Positions 34,833-45,963 of a stretch of DNA of 64,000 nt are shown piece by piece. The notes under the pieces were generated by a model. The model ran no database searches, was not told the origin of the DNA, and worked only from the letters and a program-made list of their open reading frames with translations. Source of the DNA: Klebsormidium nitens (taxonomy: Eukaryota > Plantae > Klebsormidiophyceae); the NCBI GenBank assembly GCA_000708835.1, contig DF237327.1, positions 1-64,000 of the forward strand, in the 5' to 3' direction. The position numbers and the translations under genes were made by a program. Position 1 is the stretch's first letter, and the number at the start of each line of letters is the position of its first letter.

Positions 34833-37800
34833 ATGGCAACCAGGCAGGGGGAGGCGTCCGTCAGCAATGAAGACGGAACTGCTGTGTCCGAAACCCCCTT
34901 GGACGCATTGGGGAAGGCAGAAGCTGCAGCCGACGCAGCCGCATTTGTTGCAGGCAAGCTGGAGGATCTCCGGAAGGCAGTGGAAAACAACAAGGACTCC
35001 TTTGACAAGGCATTTGCCAGTGCGTTGACGGGGGTGCTGAATGGCCTGACCGCGGTGCCCTATGTTGGGATTGTAGCGCAGATGGCCAAGTCGGTGCTGG
35101 AGCACGTTCACAACCACTCGGCCGTGCCTAGGAAATTGGCAAAAATGCTTAGGTGGTTCCAGGAGCAGGATTTGGACAGGGTCCTTGGGAGCGTGCCGCA
35201 AGGAGCGGCCTCGCTGCTAGAGTTGAAGAAGACCATGGTGGAGGCAGATCTAATCGCACAGACGATCAAAGGGAAGGGCTGGGGCAACCGCTTCTTCCTT
35301 GCGGCGCCCTATGAGGCGGAGCTGAAGGGAAAGCTGGGCAGTTTGAAGGAGGTGAGGGCCAACTTTCCGCTGGAAGCGACCTGTGACAATGTTGAAATGT
35401 TAATTTCGGTACTAGCGCTTTTGCAGTCAAGCAGACCGGAAGCAACCGCAGCCAAGCACAATGTGCCGGAGGTGGGCCCTTTTTTTGTGGGGCGGGAGGA
35501 GGTCCTTAAGGAGATGTCCGACGCGCTGTGGGGGGGTGCAGAGACCAGCGCAGGCTCCCGTATAATTGTGTGCCTCTGGGGGATCGAGGGCATTGGGAAG
35601 ACAGAGCTGGCGTGCAAGTACTCCCACGAAAATCTGAGCCGGTACGGGAAGGTGCTGTGGGTCGACGTCCAACGCAAAGGGGCGCAGGGGGGCTACGCGG
35701 CTTCAGGGGGGGATGTCTTGGGGTTGACCCAAGGTCCCGGCGAGCAACTAGAGGACTACGTGAAGCGGGTCAGGCTGACGCTGGAGAATCAAACGGAGCC
35801 TTTCCTTCTGGTTTTTGACGGGGCTGGTGGGGAAACCCTGTCGGAGCTGCAGGCGTTGTTGCCAGGAGAGCGCCAGGCGTGCCACGTGCTCGTCACGACT
35901 GCGGACGATCTGGCTCTGCGGCAACATGGGGCGGTGCCAGTGGCTGTAGAAAGTCTTGGTAGGGACGAGGCGCAGGCGCTGCTGAAACGGGAGCTGATTA
36001 TGGAGAGCGCATCGCGGAGTGGGGAAATCCTCGATGAAGTGGCAAAGCGGCTGGGGTATCTTACGATTGCTTTGACAGGAGCGGCTTCTTTGCTGGAACG
36101 GCGCTTGTTCGAGCGCAATCCGTTCGAAAAGTTTCTAGCAGAGGTGGGCGAGCTTGGAGGTGTGGGGCCGGCGAACAGAGTGTTGGGGCTCAATCTTCGC
36201 TTCCTGGAAAGAGGAATTCCCCTCGGGCCCAACATTGTGGTGCTCCAGTTTGCCTTTTACATTGCCATGGTATCCGGGTGGTTTGGGGAAGGGCCTGTTC
36301 GCATCGAGCCTTTGCTGGAAGCAGCAAAAAGGTAAAGTGTCAAGACAGCGCCTTGCAAGTCTGCTTCGGATCAGATGAAGTGTGAATGAAAATGCATAGG
36401 CATCTGCATGTCGAATAGTTGCCGACATCGTTTGCCTTGCAAGCAGGGTACTTGACGGGGAAAGCTTTTTCAGTTGAGATACCAACTCGAGAACCACAGT
36501 GACAGTTGCCTTGTTAACATGGATGGGAGCCCAGAAGATGCGTTTTCAAACCTGTTTTGCTTGACAAGTACAGGGTGATTAGAGATCTAGATATGCAGAT
36601 TTCCTGTCCCCATAGCCTGAGGTGGGACAACTGAGTTCAAAAAAGATTCTTTCCTTCTCCCAAGAGCACCTGCTCACAACAATCATGATATGTCACTTCC
36701 CGCTTGTGATGTTTCAAAGACGGCCTTTTATATTGTAGTGCTGTGACAGTAATAAGCCAGCCATAGTCGGAGCCTCGGACTCTGATTTTCCTACTTACAC
36801 AAAGAGACAAATAGCAATGCGTTTTGCAGGCTGGTTGCGGCAGTCCGCGCAGAGACGGAAGCGAGTGACGACGAAGCAAACATTGAGTTGGACATGATCT
36901 ACCATTCTCTGCCCACTCAACGAACAGCAGAGGCTGAAGAAGGTGCTGAACAAAGTAGGTCGCACCTCGTTTACACCATGGTCAATCATTTGCTAAGAGA
37001 GTGACCACACAAACCACTAGCCGAACACAAAGCGGCTTTGCAACTGGGCAACTTCGATCAGTTTTGGGTCTCGGATTACAATCTTCACCTCTTTACATCC
37101 AACGAATGCGACTCTTGGTGACAATCTGTACTGTGCGCATTCAATGCAGACTTTATTCCAAAATCTGTCACGGAACTTGGTTTGGAAGTGCAGACCGTCC
37201 ATTTGCATCGTTTTAATGATCTAGAGGTCAGAGACTTCTTCGTTTCCCGGTTTTGCCGAAGCCCCCTCCACCCACCTGGCTGCGCTGAACTCTCTCTCTG
37301 AAAAATTACGCACGAACACAGGAGAATGTCAGTCCCAGATTCTCTGCAAACTTTCTTGGGAAGACCATTAGAACAGGACGTAAACAAAGTTCGCCTTGAA
37401 GAGTCCAAAATTGCTTTTCCGTGTTTTGGTGAGAGTCTTAGTGCGAGCCTAGGAATCTAGATTGGCTACTGCTTGCTACTAGATTCACCTGAATACAGTT
37501 GGGGTCTGGCTTTGAAAGAAGCTCCACGAAGTATGTTCGAAGTATTGATGCGCCCCGGCCAATCTCATGGCCAATCAGTTTGGTAAAGAGCTGACACAAG
37601 ATCATGGGTTTCTTTGCAGAAAAGGTTACCAGCTTGACCTTCCACGTGCTCTTTCTTGAGTACGTGAGGCGCCAGGACGGGGTGGACGCGGCCAGAGCGG
37701 CAACTCTGGCTACGGTTGCGGGCATGGAATGCGCCGCGGGAACATTGCAGCAGTTCCGGGGGGTTTGGAACGTGGTGGTCAAGCTTCTGGGCGCCCTCGA

Positions 37801-38793
37801 CCGTTCGGAGTTGGAGAATGCTCGTAGGGTTGGGGCCAAGTACGCAGGATATCTCCTGGGCGATGGTGGCGATTGCAAGACGGCTGAAGCGGTGCTCGAG
37901 AGCGGTCTCGAAACGTTGGGGGAGGGATCGCGGGGTTGGGAGTGGAGGCTTCAACTCGCGCAAGCCCTGAACCGATCCGGGGGTTACGCTCGTGCCGCGG
38001 AGATTGCCGAGGGTGTGGTCAAGGAAGTTGAGGACACAGATGCAGCTCCCCCAGCTCCCCCAGCTCCCCCTATCGAAAGAAAGCGGAAGCAGAATACCAA
38101 GCGGTGGCTCTGTTGCTTTGGACGGCAAGATGGGGGTCCGGGTCCAGAAGTCGATGGCGGGCTTGACTTGGTCAACACTGGTCTGGTTCGGGCACGAGCG
38201 TGGCAGGTGCAAGCAACTATCCATGAAAGTTAAGGGAGGCATGCAGAAGCGCTTCAGCTCCTCGGGCAAAGCCTGCTTGCCACGGAGAAGGCCCTAGGGC
38301 CGGACCACCTCGACGTGGCCCCCGCGCTGAAAAGCATGGCGGCCGTGCTCCAGAGCCAAGGCAAGTTGGACGAGGCGCTGCCGCTGCTCCAGCGGGCGCT
38401 TCGCATAGATGAGACGGCTCGGGGACCGGACGACCCCCACGTGGCTATCACGCTGCACAGCCTTGCGGCCCTACTCGGCGACCAAGGCAAGTACGAGGAG
38501 GCCCTTGCGCTGTACGAGAGGGCGCTCGCAACCCGGGAGAGGGCCCTGGATTTGGATCACCCCACGTGGCTGTCACGCTGAATAGCATGGGGGCCCTCGT
38601 TTGTAAGAAAGGCAGGGACGAAGAGGCGGTGCCGCTCTTCAAGAGGGCGCTTGGGATCCGGGAGAAGGCGCTCGGCCCCGCACATCCCGACACGAATACC
38701 CTAAGGTCTGACTTGGAGGACGCGGAGCGGAAGGTGCGTCACCCGTTTGTTTTTACTTCCTACATTCTGATCAATTTTGGATGCACCCGCTGA
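34833..38793 (+). CDS. NLR-like STAND NTPase: putative four-helix-bundle N-terminus, NB-ARC (TNP-like) and 42-aa TPR repeats; disrupted in the TPR region (possible pseudogene or truncated allele)
   Basis: Exon 1 (34833-36331): FVGREEVL, Walker A GIEGIGKTELA, Walker B FLLVFDG, HVLVTT, LGYLTIAL, MVSGWFGEGP. Exon 2 (36830-36954) and exon 3 (from 37620) are phase-compatible (LTFHVLFLEYVRR). TPR units GPDHLDVA, GPDDPHVA, DLDHP, GPAHPDT. In-frame TAA at 38231-38233 and a 1-bp deletion near 38564. Confidence 0.85.
38231..38732 (+). repeat. Coding tandem TPR repeats (kinesin-light-chain-like, 126-nt period)
   Basis: The G-P-D-H-P-like motif starts at 38297, 38423, 38549 and 38674 (spacings 126, 126, 125 nt). 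Confidence 0.9.
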
Positions 38794-41229
38794 TGGTACG
38801 ACTATTCGAAGGATTGGACTTCAGCTTTGACTGCTTTTGGCCTTCTCACTGTTTTGAGAAGAAAGAGGGCGAGGTACTCATTGGAAGCAAGCAGGGGGCA
38901 GCCCTTGTCTGCTGCGCCGTGGGGACGCTTCAGCGGTACCCGAATCCGAATCCTGCTAAGAAGCTTGCGACCAACTTTCGAGCAGACTGCGTAAATTCCC
39001 GATTATGTCTCTCTACCTCGAGGATCGGGTTTGCATGCTCAGTAGTGTTCGCGCCAAAAGGAGTGGTTGCTGGCCAGGTTCGTCAACCCAACCTCGAATT
39101 TGTATTCTGCAAGGCGGCGTTCACGGTCCCGATTGTTGTTTGAGGCTCAGATGCCGTCACATCACCATTAGCTTGAACAGCCGCCTTCCGCTAAACAAGC
39201 CACGTTCGCCTCGATTTCGTTGTTGGGTTCAAAGCTCGGATCAGTTTCTGTTTGATGGTGGGTCATTGCTTGCAAGCTCGCTAATCGTTTTCAGAATCCA
39301 ACTTTTCTCAACGAACGGTTTCAACTTCCATATAAAGACCGGCCGAGCACTTGCGTCAGGCGTCATTGAGCTCCCCGCTGATTTCGGCCCTTCTCCGAGT
39401 CGAAGAATGTTCGCATGGTCCGCTTTCAAACCTTTCCTGATACGGTGCCCCACTGAGTGGATATTCCCTGTGACTGCAGGTGGCTCAGATGGCATTGCGC
39501 ACGGACCAGGGGATGGGCTCGTCGGTCGGCGAAGATACTGCGGAGAGCCGCAGTTCGGGAGCTCAGGGAACGGTCAAGTAGTAAGAGCAATCTTTGAGAG
39601 ATCATTGAGAGGGCCTCTCATGCCTGGAGCTGTGTAGTAGAGTTCTAGACAGGAAGCCTGTGTTAGCCTTTGCGTACAGACAACCGAAACTTATCCAACT
39701 TGTTGTGGAATCGCATCGATCGTGTCCGAGGTTGATAGATGGATAGGACTCGTGTTGAGCCTTGAGAAACAATAAAGGGTGGTGCAAAATGGAACTTGCA
39801 TGGCAGAACGATCCGACCAATCTACCATTCTGACTATGAAAGGGCGCCACATGCATATCCAGATCGTTCGTGGACATTCCCGTTCAACTTGGACACCTAC
39901 AGAAGAACCCCATAATTTGTGATATTGTCGATCTCGATCAACTAGAGATCAGGATCGCACTGTGACGGCAACTGAAGCGCCGTGGGCCTCAACCGTGCTG
40001 CCATGTGTACGTCAACAAGCATATCATGCATATAGGCCTGCTTCGCAATCAATCCTAGGCTCGGGCTAGCTATACTATCGGCCGGATGCAAATGATACAT
40101 GTTGCTGCATACATAGTATTTGATCCATGACGGTCACTCAGTGTGCATGAAGGGGGCGGCCGTCCCGAGTCCTTGTTAATATAAGGATCCAGCGTTGCAG
40201 TGACATGGGCCCCGGGGGCCCGCGCGTCGTCCGGGCCCGGCCATGATCACGTCTTGCCCTTTTCGAAGGCATCATCGAGGATGCATTAGAGCCCGACTTT
40301 GACGGTTGAAATATCACGATCTAGATCCGCACATGCATACGTGATGCACATATTCGATCAGCAGCATGGCAGCCTGAACTGCCGGGACGGATATGGCGGC
40401 AGTCCGGTCTTACAAGCTGCTGCTTGCGCCTTGATAGCTGCAATAATGAGCATAGACCATTAAATGACTGGCACTATGAACAAGTTTTCGCAAAGACGCA
40501 ACCTGTATCACGGATAATCCAACATCGAGGTTTGAGCAAGAGAACTTTGGATCCACAACGATCTGCTCAGACTTTAAACCCACAACGATGTTAACAAGTC
40601 TTCCTCCGGCTTCTGCTTATGAATCAGTCCCGCTTGAACAAGAACGCCTGAAATCACCGGCGTCGTCCTCGTTATGTTGCTTTCGCATTGCTTTGAGTAG
40701 GTTGCGAATCAAAACTTCCAGCGGACAGGTTCTATGTTTATGGTGTTAGTGCTGGGGTATATCCGTGACGGCGTTCCATTTGTGCGAGACGGTGTCTCGT
40801 TCGAAGGCCTCCGCCGCACCAAGGCTTCAGTAGGCTGCAAGGCACCCATCTTCCGCATCAGACAACCCGATTGAATGTGATTTTGACAGAAACCGCAGAA
40901 AGAGAGTTGATTCCGTCGTAGAGGGCTGTCCTTGTGGATGCAAGGTCAAAGTGTGTCAGGATATCATCCGAGTCAAACAAGGAAGAGACCACTGCGTTCT
41001 CAAACTTTCAGCCAACTCGTGATGGGCGATATTCTTCTGGCTGCCGGGCACTGTGTGCGCTTGGCGCAGTGTCGCCTCCAAATCCAAATGGGCATCAGAC
41101 GGGTGAGAAATTTTGCACATGATGTTGAACAACTACCATGTCCCAATCTTGTCGCCGAACGAAGGGTCTTCTTGAGCACCCAATGTGCTCAGGGAAGAAA
41201 ACCACTGTGCTGAGATTGCTCCGGACTTA

Positions 41230-44200
41230 TCAACAACACCTTTCGAACTGCGTTAGAAGAGATGACGTCATGCTGACCTGATTGGAGGGCGTACCGCTGG
41301 CGGGGGCTCCGGCCGTGCCTTTGAAAGTCGGAGACAAGAGGGCGCCCGCTTCTGAACAGAAAGAGTACGTAATTAGGTACTGATCACGTCCCAATCAGTA
41401 CCCAACTCATCGGATGTTTCAATTGGGCAAAAATCAGCGAAGAGCGAAGCGACAAAGATTCTCAACAGTGTTTTTTTGGGCTACCAGTCCTGAGCCCAGG
41501 TGCCGCTAAGATGAACCGACGAGAATACGTGCCGAGATGCCGAAACGTCTGGTTCCATATCGTGACTTACGGAGTGGAATACTATGAAGCTTTGACGGTT
41601 AAAGATTCGGATTTGACGGAGAAGAAAAAGGAAGAGCACACGAGAAGACGTCGAGGCAAGAAGTGAATGTCGCGAAACTCAACGCGCCTTCCCAACTTGA
41701 CGGCGAAGTATCTGTTCATCAAGCCCCTGAAAAAGCTCACCCGCTTCTCTCGGACTGTGAACAAATCCTCTTGTCCTACGACGCAATCGCAGCACAACCA
41801 TCCCGGGGTGGAGAACCACCCCCGAAAAGCTCACCCGCCACTGCCGGAGGGTGGCCTCCCCGTGCACCATTACTCTTCTACGAGACAGTCCAAGCATACT
41901 TTCCTCTCATCGGGGGCGAACTGAGGTGAGATCGACCCCCCCCAAAAAGCTCACCGCGCCACTCCAGACGGTGAACGACCCCCCCGCACCTTCTGCGTTT
42001 TAAGAAACAGTCCAAGCAACAAATTCCTTCATCTCGGGGGCTACCTGAGGTGAGATCGAACCCCCCCGAAAAGCTCACCGCGCCACTCCAGACGGTGAAC
42101 GACCCCCCCGGACTATTCGCGTTTTAAGAAACAGTCCAAGCAACACATTTCTTCATCTCGGGGGCTACCTGAGGTGAGATCGAACCCCCCCGAAAAGCTC
42201 ACCGCGCCACTCCCAGACGGTGAACGACTCCCCCTGCACCATCTGCTGCCGCACAAGCACCCGCGTGTCTTCCCTGGCCAGGCGGTCAACCTCTTTCCAC
42301 AGCGCCCCCCCCCGCTCCCGCGGCTTGAGCAGCGAGTCCCGGAAGTGCGTCGCGATCTTCCACTTGGGAGCGCCCCCCGGCCGCTGGGCCGCGTCCTCCA
42401 GCTCGGCGCAGATCTGCGGTTCGGGGGGGTGGGGGTGATTGTGGTGGTTGAATACGTTTGAGTTTATTGTGCAATTATGCGATTGGGGGGTAAAGCGGCT
42501 GCTTCGCATTTGTTTGGCTATCTTTGATGCGTTGATGCAGCGTGCAGAATTGGAGAGCGCCAGAGGACAGATGCTTGCGAACCATGATCGGTCAGTGTGC
42601 ACTAAGACTTGGGCGGAATGAACTTTGTTGTGACAAGGACGAAGAGGCTAACAAACTACTGTACCACATCGGGAAACGAGGGTCGGCTCTCGCCGACCCT
42701 TTCAGAAAGGCTCCCTTTGTACCTCAAAGGAGACAGCCTTTCTGCAAAAAATGAGAGGCATGAAACTCTAGCCCACGGACCTGACTGTATTCCTGTTGCC
42801 GGTGGTATCAAAGCGCCTGAACGCAGGTGGGAATGGCAGAGGCGAAAAGAAGCGCTGACAGCGACGGCAGACTTCCCCGACAATTGAGGAAAAGCGTTTA
42901 CGAACCTTTTCGTAGAGCGTCTCAGCAGCTTTCACAAGCGCCTGCTGTTGCCGCCGCCGCCGCCAAAAGTAGAGCGCCCCCAGAATGGACAGCAGCAGCA
43001 GCGCGAGGGGCTTCCAGTTGCGCTGCGCCGCTTCGCGGGCGAGACAGCTCAGCGGCTTGTACTGCCGCGCCAGATCGTCAGGACACACCAGCACGGGTAC
43101 TCTGCACAAACAGAGCCAATGTGAGCGGGATTGTTGTCTTCCTAACCTACAGGTTTCGTTCTGGCATTTCGAAAGCACATTATTCTCTCGCTGATCTCAA
43201 ATCTTCGCTGTGTGGAAAGCGATCTTCGTGTGAAAATGATGTCCAATGCCTGGGAGTAACCGAGTGATGCTAAATACAATTCTCTCAGCATATACGGGTG
43301 CTTGCAAAAGAGCAAAGCGTCGGACTTCCGAGCAGCGACCATCTCTATGCCGTCTCAAGCAGGCTTTTGGCTAAGGTGAAAGTTTTCCAAAGCGGTACAG
43401 ATCATCAACAGTATTCTGTAATTGAAGCAGCTCACCCGTTCTCTGCCGCCATGAGAAGTTCCTCGCCGGCCCTCTGCACTGCCAGGGAAAAGATGTCCGC
43501 CGTCCGTTGGTCCACAGTCTGCGGAATTAACAGTTCAGAATAAGCTTCGAAAACGGACGGTGCGTAGCAAGTGCACGAAAATTGCTTCAGGGCCGAGACC
43601 TCTGAAGAATGGTTGCAAACGACCCAACATCGTCTTGCATGAGTCAATTTCGAATCTGTCGAGGAGACCCCTGATCAGAGCTTTTGGACGTTGCTAGGGT
43701 CCTGACTGCAGCCATTCTTGGACGGACTCTTTTGAGTACAATGGATGGCCTCCATTAAGATGCTGCCTATTTCCTCGAACACAGCAGCGTGGCACACTTC
43801 TGACTTCAGAGCAATAAGTGAATTTAGTCCAATTGAGTCTAGTTGCTACCAGCACCGTCCCTACTGGCAACATTTGCCGTTCTCTTCTCCTTGTTGATCT
43901 CTAGAAGCCAGAACACAGTGTCAAATAAACGTGATCAGTGGGGCTGTTGCCCCCTGCTTCGCTCCACTCCCCTTCGGACGGTGGCTCTTTGCTTCACACT
44001 TTTGAAAGTGTTGATCGAAAATACATGGCTTGTCTGATCTGGATCTTCAAAAGAGAAATTTTGTAAACGTCCACTTTCAAAAATCGTTTAGTCTACAGAG
44101 CTATTTGGCAGAGATATTCGAATCAGATAGATCCATCGGCCTCACCTGGCCCTCTCCCAGCATTCCCATCACGCTCGCCCGTGTCACCGCTTCCGAGGCG

Positions 44201-45963
44201 TTGTATCCGCACAGCGCCAGTCCCCGCTGCTGGCATGCGAACCGCTTCACTTTCCCAGCCAGCTTTTGCACCCGCGCCTCCACTCGCTTGTCCTTTACGC
44301 AGTGCCGCCCAACCTTTTCGTACCCGACAGCGCACGTTAAGTGGCCCGACTCGCAGTGGCCGTGTTCGGGGCAGGGGATGCACTGACTGCCTGTGAAGAA
44401 AGAAAAGAGGGAGTTTCAGAGGATGTGTAACAACCAGGTACGATTCAAGTACAAAAAGTACACTTCAATCGTGAAGAGGGTCAGGTCCACAGGGAGTGCA
44501 GAGACTGTTGAGGAGAATGTGCGCCCGCAAAGAATAGAAAATGTCACCGACATTCCCAGATTCGGTTACTGACATCAATGCAGAACTCTCAACATACCAA
44601 TGGCTTCAGGATAGTCTTGTAAAAGCCATTAGAACACTGTTGCGATCGTGCACCTCAACAACTAGACGCATCAAGCGAGCTGGGATCCTTGCAAGCAACT
44701 TGATCAGAAGGTGGTGCATGAATGCCAAGACGTTGTGTAACTCCAGAGTCACTAATGGTAACCTTGGAATGCAACGCAGTTGCAACATACCAGATTGTTT
44801 TTACCAGAAATTCATAAAAAGCTAAAGGAGAAGGATGGGCAACCTATACGAGTTCTACAGAACAACACCGCCGAGGTGACCTACGAGGGAAAAGGTAAAA
44901 AGGGAGCTATAATCTCAACTCATAACGACGAGAGATTCAGAAAAGCACAAGCATGAAGACTCTGCGGAAGACAAAGAGCAGGTGATCTTTGCAGACCGTC
45001 ATACTCACCGACAGGTGAAGCCCCAGTATCGCAGAATGGTATCGGCCGCAGCGCTGCTTGCAAGTATGAGATCGCCAGCGCCACGACCATCCCCAGAGCG
45101 AGAAGGAGTACAAGCCACTGAGGCGGCCTGACACTCAGGATTCTGCTGAGTAACTCCCACCCCGCCTTTGCCGCCCCCCAGCTTCGCCGTCCCAAGTTCT
45201 GTACGCGCATGGTTCTCACTTCCTCTCTACTGCTTCTCTCGACGTTCTCGCGTTTGCTTCTCTGAAAGAAGGATGGCACCCAGAAGCCAGCTTTCTTTGT
45301 TTTCTTGGGGACCCTTTCTTGTTTTACTTCTGCCGCTGCTGCCAAGGGCTCTGGCTGAGGTTGTGTCAAGGGCTTGCTGGCTTGGGGAGGTGTTTTGGGG
45401 CCACCAAACAGAGTCTCATCCAGGGTCTTTCGGGCTGTGCTGGTGGTTGCGTCCCCTCTAGTTGCTGCTGCTTCTGCTTTCCTTCTCAATGGGGACTTGG
45501 CGCGACGCAGGGGCGACATCTCTCGCATCCGACGGGGAGACTTGTAGGGAGTGGCACCCCCCTCCTGTTTGATGGGGCGGCCTCGCTCTGGCGACCTCAG
45601 CCGTTGAGAAACACTATCTCTTTCACTTCGGCCAGGCTGTCTGGGAACAGCGGTGCCAGTCCTGTCAGCTTTACTGCTCGATGCAGCCCCCTCCTGTTGG
45701 GGCATCTCAGAAGCTTCACCCTTCTCCGCAGCTTTTCCATCTTTTCCGCCCAGAGGTGAGGTGCGCAGTTCAACCGGCTCGGACCCCCATCGCGTTCTCG
45801 GTGATGTCAGGTTACCAGCCGACAGCTCGCTTTGCTGCACTGCAAGCCCGACGTAGTACTTTTTCAGCTGCGTCTTCGCTGGGAGCTCAACGCCCTCCCC
45901 TCGCAGGTAGTCTTGCAGCTGCGCAACAGTCATAGACTCGAAGTTCTTCTTTGCAGACGCCAT
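41230..45963 (-). CDS. MAN1: MAN1/Src1(Heh1)-type inner nuclear membrane protein with N-terminal HeH/LEM-like motif, two TM helices and a Man1-Src1p C-terminal domain
   Basis: Exons 45963-45009, 44390-44146, 43518-43436, 43101-42906, 42413-42203 and a probable last exon 41351-41230; phases are consistent. Motifs: PFCDTG, CIPCPEHGHCESGHLTCAVGY, TM2 followed by WRRRR, FRDSLLKPRER...LWKEVDRLAREDTRV...VWEWR. The last exon is less certain. Confidence 0.88.
41725..42240 (-). repeat. Tandem array (5 copies, 94-124 bp period) of a MAN1 exon 3' end plus donor site plus intron start
   Basis: AAAAGCTCACC (minus-strand donor G|GTGAGCTTTT) occurs at 41731, 41825, 41945, 42069 and 42193. The copies at 41945 and 42069 are near-identical to the functional junction; the distal two are degenerate. 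Confidence 0.92.

Noticed and set aside
37565-38269. 234-aa minus-strand ORF
   Set aside because: Antisense to the TPR-containing exon of the STAND gene; no motif.
39005-39877. 210-aa plus ORF and neighbouring minus ORFs downstream of the STAND gene
   Set aside because: No recognisable domain, non-ATG or weak start and no convincing splice structure; probably UTR or intergenic.
41725-42240. Regularly spaced direct repeats as a possible CRISPR array
   Set aside because: The whole about 124-bp unit repeats (no unique spacers), it copies an exon-intron junction, and the context is eukaryotic with no cas genes.
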